Below are positions 30,457 through 38,965 of a DNA stretch of 64,000 bases, in pieces. Source of the stretch: Nitrospirota bacterium. Lineage in GTDB: Bacteria; Nitrospirota; Thermodesulfovibrionia; Thermodesulfovibrionales; JdFR-86. How positions within the stretch are numbered: position 1 is the stretch's first letter; each line of letters starts with the position of its first letter. The DNA lies in assembly GCA_963721805.1 (NCBI GenBank), contig CAVRJY010000001.1:1424081-1488080 (forward strand). Direction: 5' to 3'. The notes under the pieces are model-generated. The model searched no databases, was not told where the DNA came from, and saw only the letters and a list, made by a program, of their open reading frames with translations. The translations under genes were made by a program, and so were the position numbers.

Positions 30457-30485
30457 ATAATACATAGATAATCAATTAAATTCAA
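30457..30485 (-). promoter_or_regulatory. possible sigma-70 promoter of the NTPase gene
   Basis: Minus strand reads TTGAAT-N17-TATTAT, about 35 nt upstream of GTG 30422. Such matches are easy to find in AT-rich DNA. Confidence 0.35.
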
Positions 30486-30563
30486 TATGTATATAATGTC
30501 TGAAATAATGCTATTGTTGAGCAACAAACGGTTTAGTTTCGCTATTCTCCCCATACCACACAA

Positions 30564-30571
30564 CCCCGGAA
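30564..30571. repeat. 8-bp target-site duplication CCCCGGAA (left)
   Basis: Identical 8-mer directly abuts both IS481 ends. Confidence 0.75.
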
Positions 30572-31771
30572 TGTAAAGGTTACGCTCTTACCGGACAGTA
30601 TCAGGCTGGAAAAAGCAGGCGGCAGCCAGCCCTTCCATCGGTTAGAATGTTTCACCACAAAACACAGACCGAAGGAGGAAGGGCATGACTGCCAAAGAAA
30701 AGATATCACAAGGGAGGCTTTCAATGCTTCAGCTGGCCGAGAGGCTCAGGAACGTGTCGGAGGCCTGTCGCCGCCGGGGGGTGAGCCGCAGCCAGTTTTA
30801 CGAGTACAAGCGGGCGTTTCAGGAGCAGGGGTTTGCGGGGCTCGCGGACCTTCCGCCGATAGCGCGTAGCTGTCCCCACAAGACGCCTGAGGAGGCCCGC
30901 AAGCGAGTGATCGAGATGAGCCTTGCTCACCCCCGGTGGGGGAAGCAGCGCATCTTCGAGCACCTGCTTCTGGAGGGCATATTGGTGCGTCCCTCAACTG
31001 TGTATCGCATCCAGGTTCGCGAGGGGCTGGAGTCGAAGGCCAAGCGCATCCTCCGGCTTGAGCAGGAGGCTAACGGCAAGGAGATCGAGCTAACGGAGGA
31101 GCAGGTCAAGCTCATCGAGCGGGCCAATCCGTGCTTCAGGGAAAGGCATGTGGAGAGCGCATATCCGGGCTATCTGCTCAGCCAGGACACCTTCACGGTG
31201 GGCAAGCTCAAGGGCATCGGGACCGTGTATCTGCAGGCCGTGGTGGACACGTACGGCTCTTATGCCTTCGGCAAGCTGTACACGTCGAAGAGGCCCGAGA
31301 CGGCGGCCGACGTGCTCTACGACCGCGTGCTGCCGTTTTACGAGGACCATGGCATCAGGGTCCAGCATGTCCTGACGGACAACGGCTCGGAGTACTGCGG
31401 CAAGCTGCTGCGGCATCCGTACGAGCTGTTTCTGGCGCTTCACGACATCGCGCATCGAAGGACGAAGGTGGCGACACCGAGGACAAACGGATTCGTGGAG
31501 CGGTTTAATCGCACCATCCTGGACGAGTTCTTCTCGGAGACGTTCAGGTACCGGTTCTACGCATCGCTCGATGAGCTGCAGTATGACCTCGACCGGTGGC
31601 TGCACCACTACAACAACGAGCGCCCTCACAAGGGCTATCGCAACATGGGCAGACGGCCAATAGAAACTATCGAGCTGGGCAAAAAGCTAAGACAGAAAGC
31701 TGAGGAGGAGGCCGCCTGATCAGTGCGACCGATGAGATGGAAAACTGTCCGGAGAGCACTGGACTTTTACA
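30572..31771 (+). mobile_element. IS481-family insertion sequence (1200 bp)
   Basis: 28-bp imperfect terminal inverted repeats TGTAAAGGTTACGCTCTTACCGGACAGT / TGTAAAAGTCCAGTGCTCTCCGGACAGT (20 of 28 identical), flanked by the 8-bp direct repeat. Confidence 0.85.
30685..31719 (+). CDS. IS481-family DDE transposase
   Basis: N-terminal HTH, then an rve core with SQDTF, LTDNGSEY and TNGFVERFNRT. Confidence 0.9.
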   Translation: MTAKEKISQGRLSMLQLAERLRNVSEACRRRGVSRSQFYEYKRAFQEQGFAGLADLPPIARSCPHKTPEEARKRVIEMSLAHPRWGKQRIFEHLLLEGILVRPSTVYRIQVREGLESKAKRILRLEQEANGKEIELTEEQVKLIERANPCFRERHVESAYPGYLLSQDTFTVGKLKGIGTVYLQAVVDTYGSYAFGKLYTSKRPETAADVLYDRVLPFYEDHGIRVQHVLTDNGSEYCGKLLRHPYELFLALHDIAHRRTKVATPRTNGFVERFNRTILDEFFSETFRYRFYASLDELQYDLDRWLHHYNNERPHKGYRNMGRRPIETIELGKKLRQKAEEEAA

Positions 31772-31779
31772 CCCCGGAA
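31772..31779. repeat. 8-bp target-site duplication CCCCGGAA (right)
   Basis: Identical to 30564..30571. Confidence 0.75.
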
Positions 31780-31789
31780 CCAGTCAATA

Positions 31790-31829
31790 GGAACTGGTTC
31801 CATGGAACCAGTTCCTAGGAACCAGTTCC
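31790..31829. repeat. three tandem 12-bp GGAAC-NN-GTTCC sites at 14-bp period (a fourth, degenerate copy is split by the IS481)
   Basis: GGAACTGGTTCC at GGAACCAGTTCC ta GGAACCAGTTCC. With the IS removed, GGAACCAGTCAA precedes them at the same 14-bp spacing. Confidence 0.8.
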
Positions 31830-31866
31830 CATGGACGCGTTCCGCCCTGCCGTTCTATCATCGCGC

Positions 31867-31995
31867 ATGAAAAAGACAGATGCAGTAAAGAGAGACATGG
31901 CAAGGGCGATGGTTGAGGCGGGACTGACGTACCGCGAGGTAGCGGACAAGCTCGATATAAGCATCGGGACGGTGCACAGCATCGTCGTCGAATAA
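31867..31995 (+). CDS. small helix-turn-helix protein (42 aa; may be the first piece of a longer frame-disrupted gene)
   Basis: My translation is MKKTDAVKRDMARAMVEAGLTYREVADKLDISIGTVHSIVVE*. It is below the ORF-track size cutoff. Protein-like continuation appears in other frames up to about 32298. Confidence 0.4.
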   Translation: MKKTDAVKRDMARAMVEAGLTYREVADKLDISIGTVHSIVVE

Positions 31996-32377
31996 GGCGG
32001 ACGACCCTACACCGCTCGCGCGGGACATCCGCAGCAGGTTCAGTGCGCGGTGCATGATGATGGCGGACGAGATGCTTGGAGGATATCGGAGGCTCAGATA
32101 TCGCAGCGTCACCGCTAGCAGCAGGTGATCATCTCGATGGCGATACTGCTGGACAAGGCCGCCGTGCTCGAGAAGGAACAGGCACCCGAGAAAGGCCGCA
32201 GCGGCAAACATCCGAACTCCAAACACGGAGGAGCAGAAATAAATGATGATTTCCAGAGGGTTGAGTCTGCGTCCTTCCCGTTCATCCGAACGCACTAAAA
32301 AAATACGCGCGGCGGTATGCGGTAGGTATGTTCTAACTATGCCGTTGACCGCTCGCACGATTATGCAGGGGAAGGTT

Positions 32378-32500
32378 AAAGCGCGAGAAATCGACTTCAG
32401 ACTAGGAACGGCGAGAAGACCGACCGCAGGTGTACTGTGATGTACTCCGAGGGCGAGGCTTCGAGCCGTGACGACGTATCAAGCGATTTGGCGCGCTTTG
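32378..32500. repeat. ~124-nt imperfect palindromic element, copy 2
   Basis: See 26793..26916. It lies 16 nt downstream of the zapA stop. Confidence 0.8.
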
Positions 32501-32515
32501 CGCTAATCGAACAGG

Positions 32516-32773
32516 CTAGTCAAGTATCGCCGCCTTCTTCTCAATCCCTCTCGCCAGCTCTTCCTGGCCTTTGCAAAGCTGATGCACATCATCCGCCATG
32601 CTGAAGAGCGTGAGTACGAGGGCCTGTATGGTCGTCACATTTGCCGGGGCGACAGAGCATACGTCCCTGACCTTGCCCTCGATCAGGGTCGCGAGGTCGC
32701 GCAGGTGTTCCTCGGAGGCCTCGGCCTTGACCGTATATTTCTGCCCGAGTATGTAGACTTCGGCTGATGCCAT
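32516..32773 (-). CDS. zapA: cell division protein ZapA
   Basis: Start taken at MASAEVYILGQKYTVKAEASEEHL. Confidence 0.8.
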   Translation of the reverse strand: MASAEVYILGQKYTVKAEASEEHLRDLATLIEGKVRDVCSVAPANVTTIQALVLTLFSMADDVHQLCKGQEELARGIEKKAAILD

Positions 32774-32783
32774 ACCGCCCGCC

Positions 32784-33092
32784 TCAGTTGGATTCGATGG
32801 ATTCAAGCTCGCCCAGCAGGTCTTCGATCTGGTCCTTGATGCTGAGTTTCTCGGACGAGAGGGCGCGGATCTCCTCGTCCTTCTCGGCGAGGCGGGACTC
32901 CATCTCGCGGAGCTTGAGTTCGAGCGCGGCCGTCTTTGATTCGAGAGCGGCCTTTTCTTCCTTGAGCTGCTTGACCTTATTTATGGCTGCGGTTATCTTG
33001 CTGTCGAGTTCTTTCAGGCGTTCCACGGGGGCGGTATCCTCCTTTTTTGGGCGCATCGGCGCCGCGTCTGATTCACCGAACAGGGAGTTCAT
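32784..33092 (-). CDS. coiled-coil protein, ZapB-like
   Basis: Start taken at MNSLFGESD. Heptad-rich KEEKAALESKTAALELKLREMESRLAEKDEEI. The ORF-track N-terminal extension is Arg-rich shadow sequence. Confidence 0.5.
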   Translation of the reverse strand: MNSLFGESDAAPMRPKKEDTAPVERLKELDSKITAAINKVKQLKEEKAALESKTAALELKLREMESRLAEKDEEIRALSSEKLSIKDQIEDLLGELESIESN

Positions 33093-33142
33093 GACGTAAT
33101 AGGATACCACATCGCGGGGCGCAATTTCATAGCCGCGGGGCC

Positions 33143-33655
33143 CTACAGGAGGCGCTCGATTTTGCCCATCATCTCGGGGCCGGTCCAGTCCTGCCCGCTG
33201 AAGAAGACCTCGATTATATCGCCTCGCTTGTCTATCAGAAACGTGGTCGGGGTGGAGAAGACATGGTACTTGTGCGAGACGGTCAGACCGTCGTCCTGCA
33301 GCACGATGAAGCCGAGCGGGTGGTCTTCGAGGAAGCCCTTGAGCCTGCGCGTGGAACTGTCGGCCGAGACCGCGATTATCCTGAGCCCGCGCGGCGAGAG
33401 CTTGTTGTACAGGGCGTTTAACTTCGGCATGTCGTCCACGCAATTCGGGCAGAAAGTGGCCCAGAAATTAAGGAGCACGACCTTGCCCCTGAAAGACGAG
33501 AGCGAGAGCGTACCTCCGTCGAGCGTGTCGAGCGTGAACTCCGGGGCCGGTCCCACGCCGCCAGGCGCATCGTCCTCCGCGAGCGCCGGGCAGGCCAGCG
33601 CCAGCACGCAGAGTGCAACAATAAGCATTCGGGTCGCCATATGCGTCAGTGCCAT
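33143..33655 (-). CDS. secreted TlpA/ResA-like thiol-disulfide oxidoreductase
   Basis: Signal peptide and WATFCPNC thioredoxin motif. Confidence 0.85.
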   Translation of the reverse strand: MALTHMATRMLIVALCVLALACPALAEDDAPGGVGPAPEFTLDTLDGGTLSLSSFRGKVVLLNFWATFCPNCVDDMPKLNALYNKLSPRGLRIIAVSADSSTRRLKGFLEDHPLGFIVLQDDGLTVSHKYHVFSTPTTFLIDKRGDIIEVFFSGQDWTGPEMMGKIERLL

Positions 33656-33748
33656 CGAATCCCCCCCATCAGAACGAAATGAACGGCTATTAATTAACTT
33701 ATCGAAGCTGGGGGGTGGGAAGTCAAGTTGGGCGCTAAAGCTCTAACT

Positions 33749-35668
33749 TTAAAGTGAGCCGAGGGTCCCGATGTACTGCGGGTAAATCCTGTAGTGGTAG
33801 TATGACGATAGGATGCGCTTGACGTAATCGCGCGTCTCCTGATAGGGGATGTCCTCGATGAACTCGTCGGGGTCGCGCAGGCGCTTTGCGTGGTCCATCC
33901 ACGAGTGGACCTTGTCGGCCCCGGCGTTGTAAGCGGCCAGGGCGCGCGGCACCGAGTTGAACTCCCTGATCAGCGTGGCGAGATAGTGCACGCCCATGCG
34001 GATGTTGTTGTCGGCGTCCATGATCGAGACCCGGTCCGAGACGCCCTTGATGTTCAGGCTCGATGCCATGCGGTGCGCGGTCTGGGGCATGAGCTGCATG
34101 AGCCCTATCGCACCGGCAGGGGAGTACGCCTCGGGGTCATACCTGCTCTCCTCGCGGATCACCGAGAGGACGAGGAACGGGTCGATGCCGTTATGCAGGG
34201 CCGCGTCCGAGATCACCGGCCAGTAGGCCATGGGATAGAGTATGTCGTCAGGGCGCGGCTCGTCCTTGATCCTGTATATCGCGGCGAGCGCGTCGTGGTA
34301 GCGGCCGAGGTCCTTAAGCCGGTAGGCGGCCTCGGTTACCCGGCGGTCGTCGTGCGCGGTCTCGGCCCTGGCGAGCAGCTCGCGCCCGGCCTCCTCGCCG
34401 AGCCCGACCGCCACGAGCGCGTCTATGCGCTCGTCAGGGGTGATGCAGGGCGCGGCCGACTGTACGGGAGGTGGCGGGGCCGGGGCCTTTTTGTATACGT
34501 GAGCCATGAGGCCGTAGAAGCCGTTATCGTCGATCTTTGCATATATATGTCCCGCGCCCTTGCCAGCGCGCTCAGTGGCGCGGCCCTCCCAGTAGAGGTA
34601 CCGCGGGGATTTGTACGTGTCGTAGAGCGAGGAGAAGACGCTGGCGGCGCTGTTGTAATTGCCCACGGCATACAGCGTCCAGCCCATGCGCCATACCGCC
34701 TCCTCGCGCAGGGACGCAGAGACGTCCGAGACCTTCACGAATATGCCGAGCGCCTCGGCCGCATGGCCCTCGCGGCGCTTCTCCTCGCCCATCGCGATCA
34801 GGAGCTCGCCGGCCTTGGGCTCGCGCGCCGCGACGAGCGCCTGCATCACGGCCTCGAACTTCGCGATCTTCCCGGCCCTCAGGTAAGAGCGCGCGGCGAG
34901 GTAGCCCTGCCCCACCCCCTCGCAGACCGGCCCGGCCTCGGCGTACCGCTTCTGCCTGAAGAGGCAGTATGCGAGCTTCTCGGTCGCGGCGTTACTGATC
35001 GCCGGGGGCAGAGACATCTGCATAGCCTTCTTGATAGTCGCCTCGGCCTCGGCGTACTCCATCGCGTCTATCAGGTTAGCCGAGCGGGTGAGCAGATCAT
35101 CCGCGCTGAGGGCCGAGGTGTCGATCTCCAGCGCGGCGGCCTTCGCATTGCGGCCCGCGCGGATGTAGATATCCTTGAACAATTTTCGCGCGCGGCCGGT
35201 ATCCCCCGAGCGCTTGAGCACCGTAGCAAGCAGGAACTCAGCATCGGCGTCGGCCGGGTGCTGCGCAGTGTACTTATCAAGTTCGGCGAGCAGGCGGGCG
35301 TCTTGGCCCGAGTCCTTCAGCACCTGTATGAGCAGGGCCTCGCGCCTGGCAGGGGAATCCGGGTATGCGCGGGCCATTTCATTGAGCGCGTCCTCTGCCA
35401 TGCCATAGGACTTGAGCCCGTCGAGCGCCTTGGCGCGGAAGTAGAGCGCGAAGTCTCCGAGCACGGGCAGCGAGGATCGGGCGGAGGTAAACTTCTCGGC
35501 AGCCGAGGCATAGTCGCCGGAGCGGTAGCGTTGCAACGCATCCCTGAAGACCCTTATGCCGTCTTCGTTTGCGGCGATTGCTAATGAAGGGACGATGAGG
35601 ATGACAACGAGGACTAACGCTAAGAAGGAGGGAGTATGGAGGCGGCGAGCGGACTTGAACCGCTGCAT
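33749..35668 (-). CDS. soluble lytic murein transglycosylase (Slt70-like)
   Basis: IREESRYDPEAYSPAGAIGLMQLMP SLT motif. The only start that keeps the signal peptide (MQRFKSARRLHTPSFLALVLVVILIVPSLAIA) is ATG 35666-35668, which lies inside tRNA-Cys. Confidence 0.75.
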   Translation of the reverse strand: MQRFKSARRLHTPSFLALVLVVILIVPSLAIAANEDGIRVFRDALQRYRSGDYASAAEKFTSARSSLPVLGDFALYFRAKALDGLKSYGMAEDALNEMARAYPDSPARREALLIQVLKDSGQDARLLAELDKYTAQHPADADAEFLLATVLKRSGDTGRARKLFKDIYIRAGRNAKAAALEIDTSALSADDLLTRSANLIDAMEYAEAEATIKKAMQMSLPPAISNAATEKLAYCLFRQKRYAEAGPVCEGVGQGYLAARSYLRAGKIAKFEAVMQALVAAREPKAGELLIAMGEEKRREGHAAEALGIFVKVSDVSASLREEAVWRMGWTLYAVGNYNSAASVFSSLYDTYKSPRYLYWEGRATERAGKGAGHIYAKIDDNGFYGLMAHVYKKAPAPPPPVQSAAPCITPDERIDALVAVGLGEEAGRELLARAETAHDDRRVTEAAYRLKDLGRYHDALAAIYRIKDEPRPDDILYPMAYWPVISDAALHNGIDPFLVLSVIREESRYDPEAYSPAGAIGLMQLMPQTAHRMASSLNIKGVSDRVSIMDADNNIRMGVHYLATLIREFNSVPRALAAYNAGADKVHSWMDHAKRLRDPDEFIEDIPYQETRDYVKRILSSYYHYRIYPQYIGTLGSL

Positions 35669-35712
35669 GAAGGTTTTGCAGACCTCTCCCTTAGCCACTT
35701 GGGTACGCCGCC
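35637..35712 (-). tRNA. tRNA-Cys (GCA), CCA encoded
   Basis: Hand fold gives a 7-bp acceptor GGCGGCG/CGCCGCC, anticodon loop CTGCAAA, T-loop TTCAAGT and discriminator U73. Confidence 0.9.
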
Positions 35713-35727
35713 GATCAGACTTAAATT

Positions 35728-35802
35728 TGGAGCGGGAGACGGGATTCGAACCCGCGACCCCAACCTTGGCAAGGTTGTGCTCTACCACTGAGCTACTCCC
35801 GC
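35728..35802 (-). tRNA. tRNA-Gly (GCC), CCA encoded
   Basis: GCGGGAGTAGCTCAGTGGTAGAGC..., anticodon loop TTGCCAA and T-arm GCGGGTTCGAATCCCGT. Confidence 0.9.
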
Positions 35803-35888
35803 TTTCACTTCGACTGCACAGACGGAGTTTTGTCTGGGCACCGCAGCATAGTATATAATACTAAAGAAAGAAGTTTAGGTTTGTCAAC

Positions 35889-37367
35889 ATGCTATACCCG
35901 GACATAGAAAGCTTTAGACAATACGCCACCGAAGGCAACCTTATCCCCGTATACCGGGAGATACTCGCTGACCTGCACACGCCCGTATCGGCGTTCATCA
36001 GGCTCGGGGAGGCCCCCGCGTTTTTGCTCGAGAGCGTCGAGGGCGGCGAGAAGTGGGCGCGGTATTCGTTCATCGGCCTGCGCCCCTCGAAGGTCATCAA
36101 GGGCCGCGGCCGCACGCTCGAAATCCAGACCGCAGAAGGTGTTGAGGGCATCGAGACCGATAACCCGTTTGAGTACCTGAAGGCTATGATGGCCAAGTAT
36201 AAGGCGATTCACCTGCCCGGCCTGCCGCGCTTCTGCGGCGGCCTCGTGGGGTATATAGGATACGACACGGTCAGGTTCGTCGAGGACATCCCGGACACTA
36301 ACCCCGACCTGCTCGGCATGCCTGACATATTTCTCATGCTCACCGATACGATGCTGATATTCGACAACCTCCGCCAGAAGATCGCGGTGCTCTCCGCCGT
36401 GCACACCGACGGCACTGACGTCGACGCGGCTTATAATGACGCGGTCGATAAGATCGACGGCGTGATCAGCATGCTCATGGAGCCGGCCGAGCTGCCGATA
36501 GGCTCCGGTCCGACAGAGGCCACGCCTCCTGAGTTCGTCTCGACTTTCGGGCCAGCCGAGGCATTTGAGTCCGCGGTGGTCAAGGCCAAGGAATACATTA
36601 AGGCCGGGGATATCTTCCAGATCGTTCTCTCGCAGCGGTTTGAGAGGCCGACGACCGCGCATCCGATCAACGTATACCGCGCGCTGCGCACGATCAACCC
36701 CTCCCCTTACATGTACTACCTCCACACCGGCGAGGGCGATGTCATAGGCTCTTCGCCCGAGATACTGGTCAGGCTCGAAGACGGCAAGGTGATTCTGAGG
36801 CCGATCGCGGGCACCAGACGGCGCGGTGCGACCGAGGCCGAGGACAGTGCTCTGGCCGCGGAGATGGAGGCAGATCCCAAGGAGTGCGCCGAGCATATCA
36901 TGCTCGTGGACCTCGGCAGAAACGACGTGGGGCGCGTATCAAGCATGGGCAGCGTCAAGGTCACTGACATGATGAGAGTGGAGCGTTACAGCCACGTGAT
37001 GCACATGGTCTCTGACGTCGAGGGCGACCTCCGCGAGGGGCTCGACGCTTTTGACGTGCTTCAGGCCTGCTTCCCGGCCGGGACGGTATCGGGCGCTCCA
37101 AAGGTGCGCGCGATGCAGATCATAGAGGAGCTCGAGACCGTGCGGCGAGGGCCGTATGCCGGGGCGGTCGGGTATTTCAGCTACTCCGGCAACATGGACA
37201 TGTGCATAACGATCCGCACGCTTTTGTATAAGGACGGGAAGATCTCGGTGCAGGCCGGGGCCGGGCTGGTCGCGGACTCCGTGCCGAGCCTTGAGTACAA
37301 AGAGACCGTCAATAAGGCCACCGGCATGATGCGCGCGGTCGACATGGCCGAGCGCGAGCTGGGCTAA
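35889..37367 (+). CDS. trpE: anthranilate synthase component I
   Basis: 492 aa with [15 protein letters not shown] and [13 protein letters not shown]. Confidence 0.9.
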   Translation: MLYPDIESFRQYATEGNLIPVYREILADLHTPVSAFIRLGEAPAFLLESVEGGEKWARYSFIGLRPSKVIKGRGRTLEIQTAEGVEGIETDNPFEYLKAMMAKYKAIHLPGLPRFCGGLVGYIGYDTVRFVEDIPDTNPDLLGMPDIFLMLTDTMLIFDNLRQKIAVLSAVHTDGTDVDAAYNDAVDKIDGVISMLMEPAELPIGSGPTEATPPEFVSTFGPAEAFESAVVKAKEYIKAGDIFQIVLSQRFERPTTAHPINVYRALRTINPSPYMYYLHTGEGDVIGSSPEILVRLEDGKVILRPIAGTRRRGATEAEDSALAAEMEADPKECAEHIMLVDLGRNDVGRVSSMGSVKVTDMMRVERYSHVMHMVSDVEGDLREGLDAFDVLQACFPAGTVSGAPKVRAMQIIEELETVRRGPYAGAVGYFSYSGNMDMCITIRTLLYKDGKISVQAGAGLVADSVPSLEYKETVNKATGMMRAVDMAERELG

Positions 37368-37378
37368 AGGATAAACAC

Positions 37379-37957
37379 ATGCTACTGATGATCGACAACT
37401 ACGACTCCTTCACATACAACCTCGTCCAGTACCTGGGCGAACTGGGGCAGGACGTGCGCGTATACCGCAACGACAAGATCACGCTCGACGAGATCGCCTC
37501 GCTCGCCCCGGAGGAGATCGTGATATCCCCCGGCCCATGCACTCCCAACGAGGCCGGGATCTCGATGGACGTAATCCGCCGGTTCAGCGGCAGGATACCG
37601 ATACTGGGCGTATGCCTCGGCCACCAGTCCATAGGCGCTGTCTTCGGCGGCGAGGTCATCCGCGCCCCGAGGCTGATGCACGGCAAGACCTCGCCCATCC
37701 ACCACGACGGAAAGACAATCTTCGAGGGGCTCCCAAACCCGTTTATAGCCACGCGTTACCACTCTCTGATAGTCAGGCGGGAGAACCTGCCCGACTGCCT
37801 CGAGATCAGCGCATGGACCGAGGAGGGCGAGATCATGGGCCTAAGGCATAGAGATATGCTTGTCGAGGGCGTGCAGTTTCACCCAGAATCTATACTCACC
37901 TCCGACGGCAAGCGCCTGCTCGGTAATTTCCTCAGGCTTGCGAAGGCCAAGCGTTGA
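37379..37957 (+). CDS. trpG: anthranilate synthase component II (glutamine amidotransferase)
   Basis: [23 protein letters not shown] and FHPES. Confidence 0.9.
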   Translation: MLLMIDNYDSFTYNLVQYLGELGQDVRVYRNDKITLDEIASLAPEEIVISPGPCTPNEAGISMDVIRRFSGRIPILGVCLGHQSIGAVFGGEVIRAPRLMHGKTSPIHHDGKTIFEGLPNPFIATRYHSLIVRRENLPDCLEISAWTEEGEIMGLRHRDMLVEGVQFHPESILTSDGKRLLGNFLRLAKAKR

Positions 37958-38965
37958 TACACGAGGCGCTCAAGATGGTCGTAGGCGGGATGGACCTCTC
38001 GGAGGCCGAGATGTCCGGCTGCATGTCCGAGATCATGGAAGGCCGCGCCTCGGACCTGCATATGGCGGCGTTTCTCACGGCCCTTCGGATGAAGGGCGAG
38101 ACGGTCGACGAGATCACCGGCGCGGCGCGCATCATGCGTGAGAAGGCCGCGCGCATTAAATCGCCCGAGGGCACCTTAGACACATGCGGCACGGGCGGCG
38201 ACATGGCCGGTACCTTCAACATATCCACTACCGCTGCGCTCGTCGTCGCGGCATGCGGCGTGCCGGTCGCCAAGCACGGCAACCGTTCGGTATCGAGCAG
38301 GTCAGGCAGCGCGGACGTGCTCGAGGCTCTCGGGGTGAAGATAGACCTTACGCCCGATAAGGTCGAGCGGTCGCTGTTCGAAACCGGCTTCGGGTTTCTG
38401 TTCGCCCCGCTCTTTCACCCGGCGATGAAATACGCCATCGGCGCGCGCAAGGAGCTCGGGTTCAGGACGATATTCAATATCTTGGGGCCGATCACCAACC
38501 CGGCGGGCGCGAAGCGCCAGTTGCTGGGCGTCTTCGCGGACGGCCTGACCGAGACGATATGCCGCGTGCTCGGCAACCTCGGGGCAGAGGACGCGATGGT
38601 CGTCCACGGCGAGGATGGGTTAGACGAGATCACTATCACGGACTCCACGCGCGTCTCGCGCCTGGTCAATGGCAAGGTCGAAAATTCGCTCATCTCGCCC
38701 GAGGACTTCGGGATGAACCGCGCCCCGATCAAGCGAGATCGCCGGAGAGGGCAAGGAACGAAACGCCGAGATCGCGTTAGAGGTATTAAGTGGCGTCAAG
38801 GGACCGAGGCGCGACATAGTCGTGATGAACACCGCGGCCGCGCTCGTGGTCGCGGGACTGACGCCCTACCTCGCCGATGCCGCAACGATGGCCGCCGAGG
38901 CGATAGACAGTGGCCGCGCTTCGGCCAAGCTCGAAGAAATCAGAAAATTCACGAATTCCTTTTAA
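37954..38965 (+). pseudogene. trpD: anthranilate phosphoribosyltransferase, 1-nt frameshift near 38734
   Basis: DTCGTGGD and KHGNRSVSS are in one frame up to ...NRAPIK. The proper tail EIAGEGKERNAEIALEVLSGVKGPRRDIVVMNTAAALVVAG...KFTNSF* is in another frame and ends at TAA 38963-38965. Confidence 0.85.

Noticed and set aside
30487-30571. Short plus-strand ORF (MYIMSEIMLLLSNKRF...) in the AT-rich spacer upstream of the NTPase gene.
   Set aside because: It is tiny, has no RBS, and lies in promoter-like AT-rich DNA where random ATG-initiated frames are expected.
31858-32358. 166-aa minus-strand ORF in the HTH-remnant region.
   Set aside because: It has no protein-like features or motifs. It lies antisense to the HTH ORF and its continuation frames, and it has no RBS.
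35669-35788. Extension of the slt ORF through tRNA-Cys and tRNA-Gly (MVEHNLAKVGVAGSNPVSRS...).
   Set aside because: This is read-through translation of two well-folding tRNA genes. VAGSNPVSRS is the usual signature of a translated T-arm.
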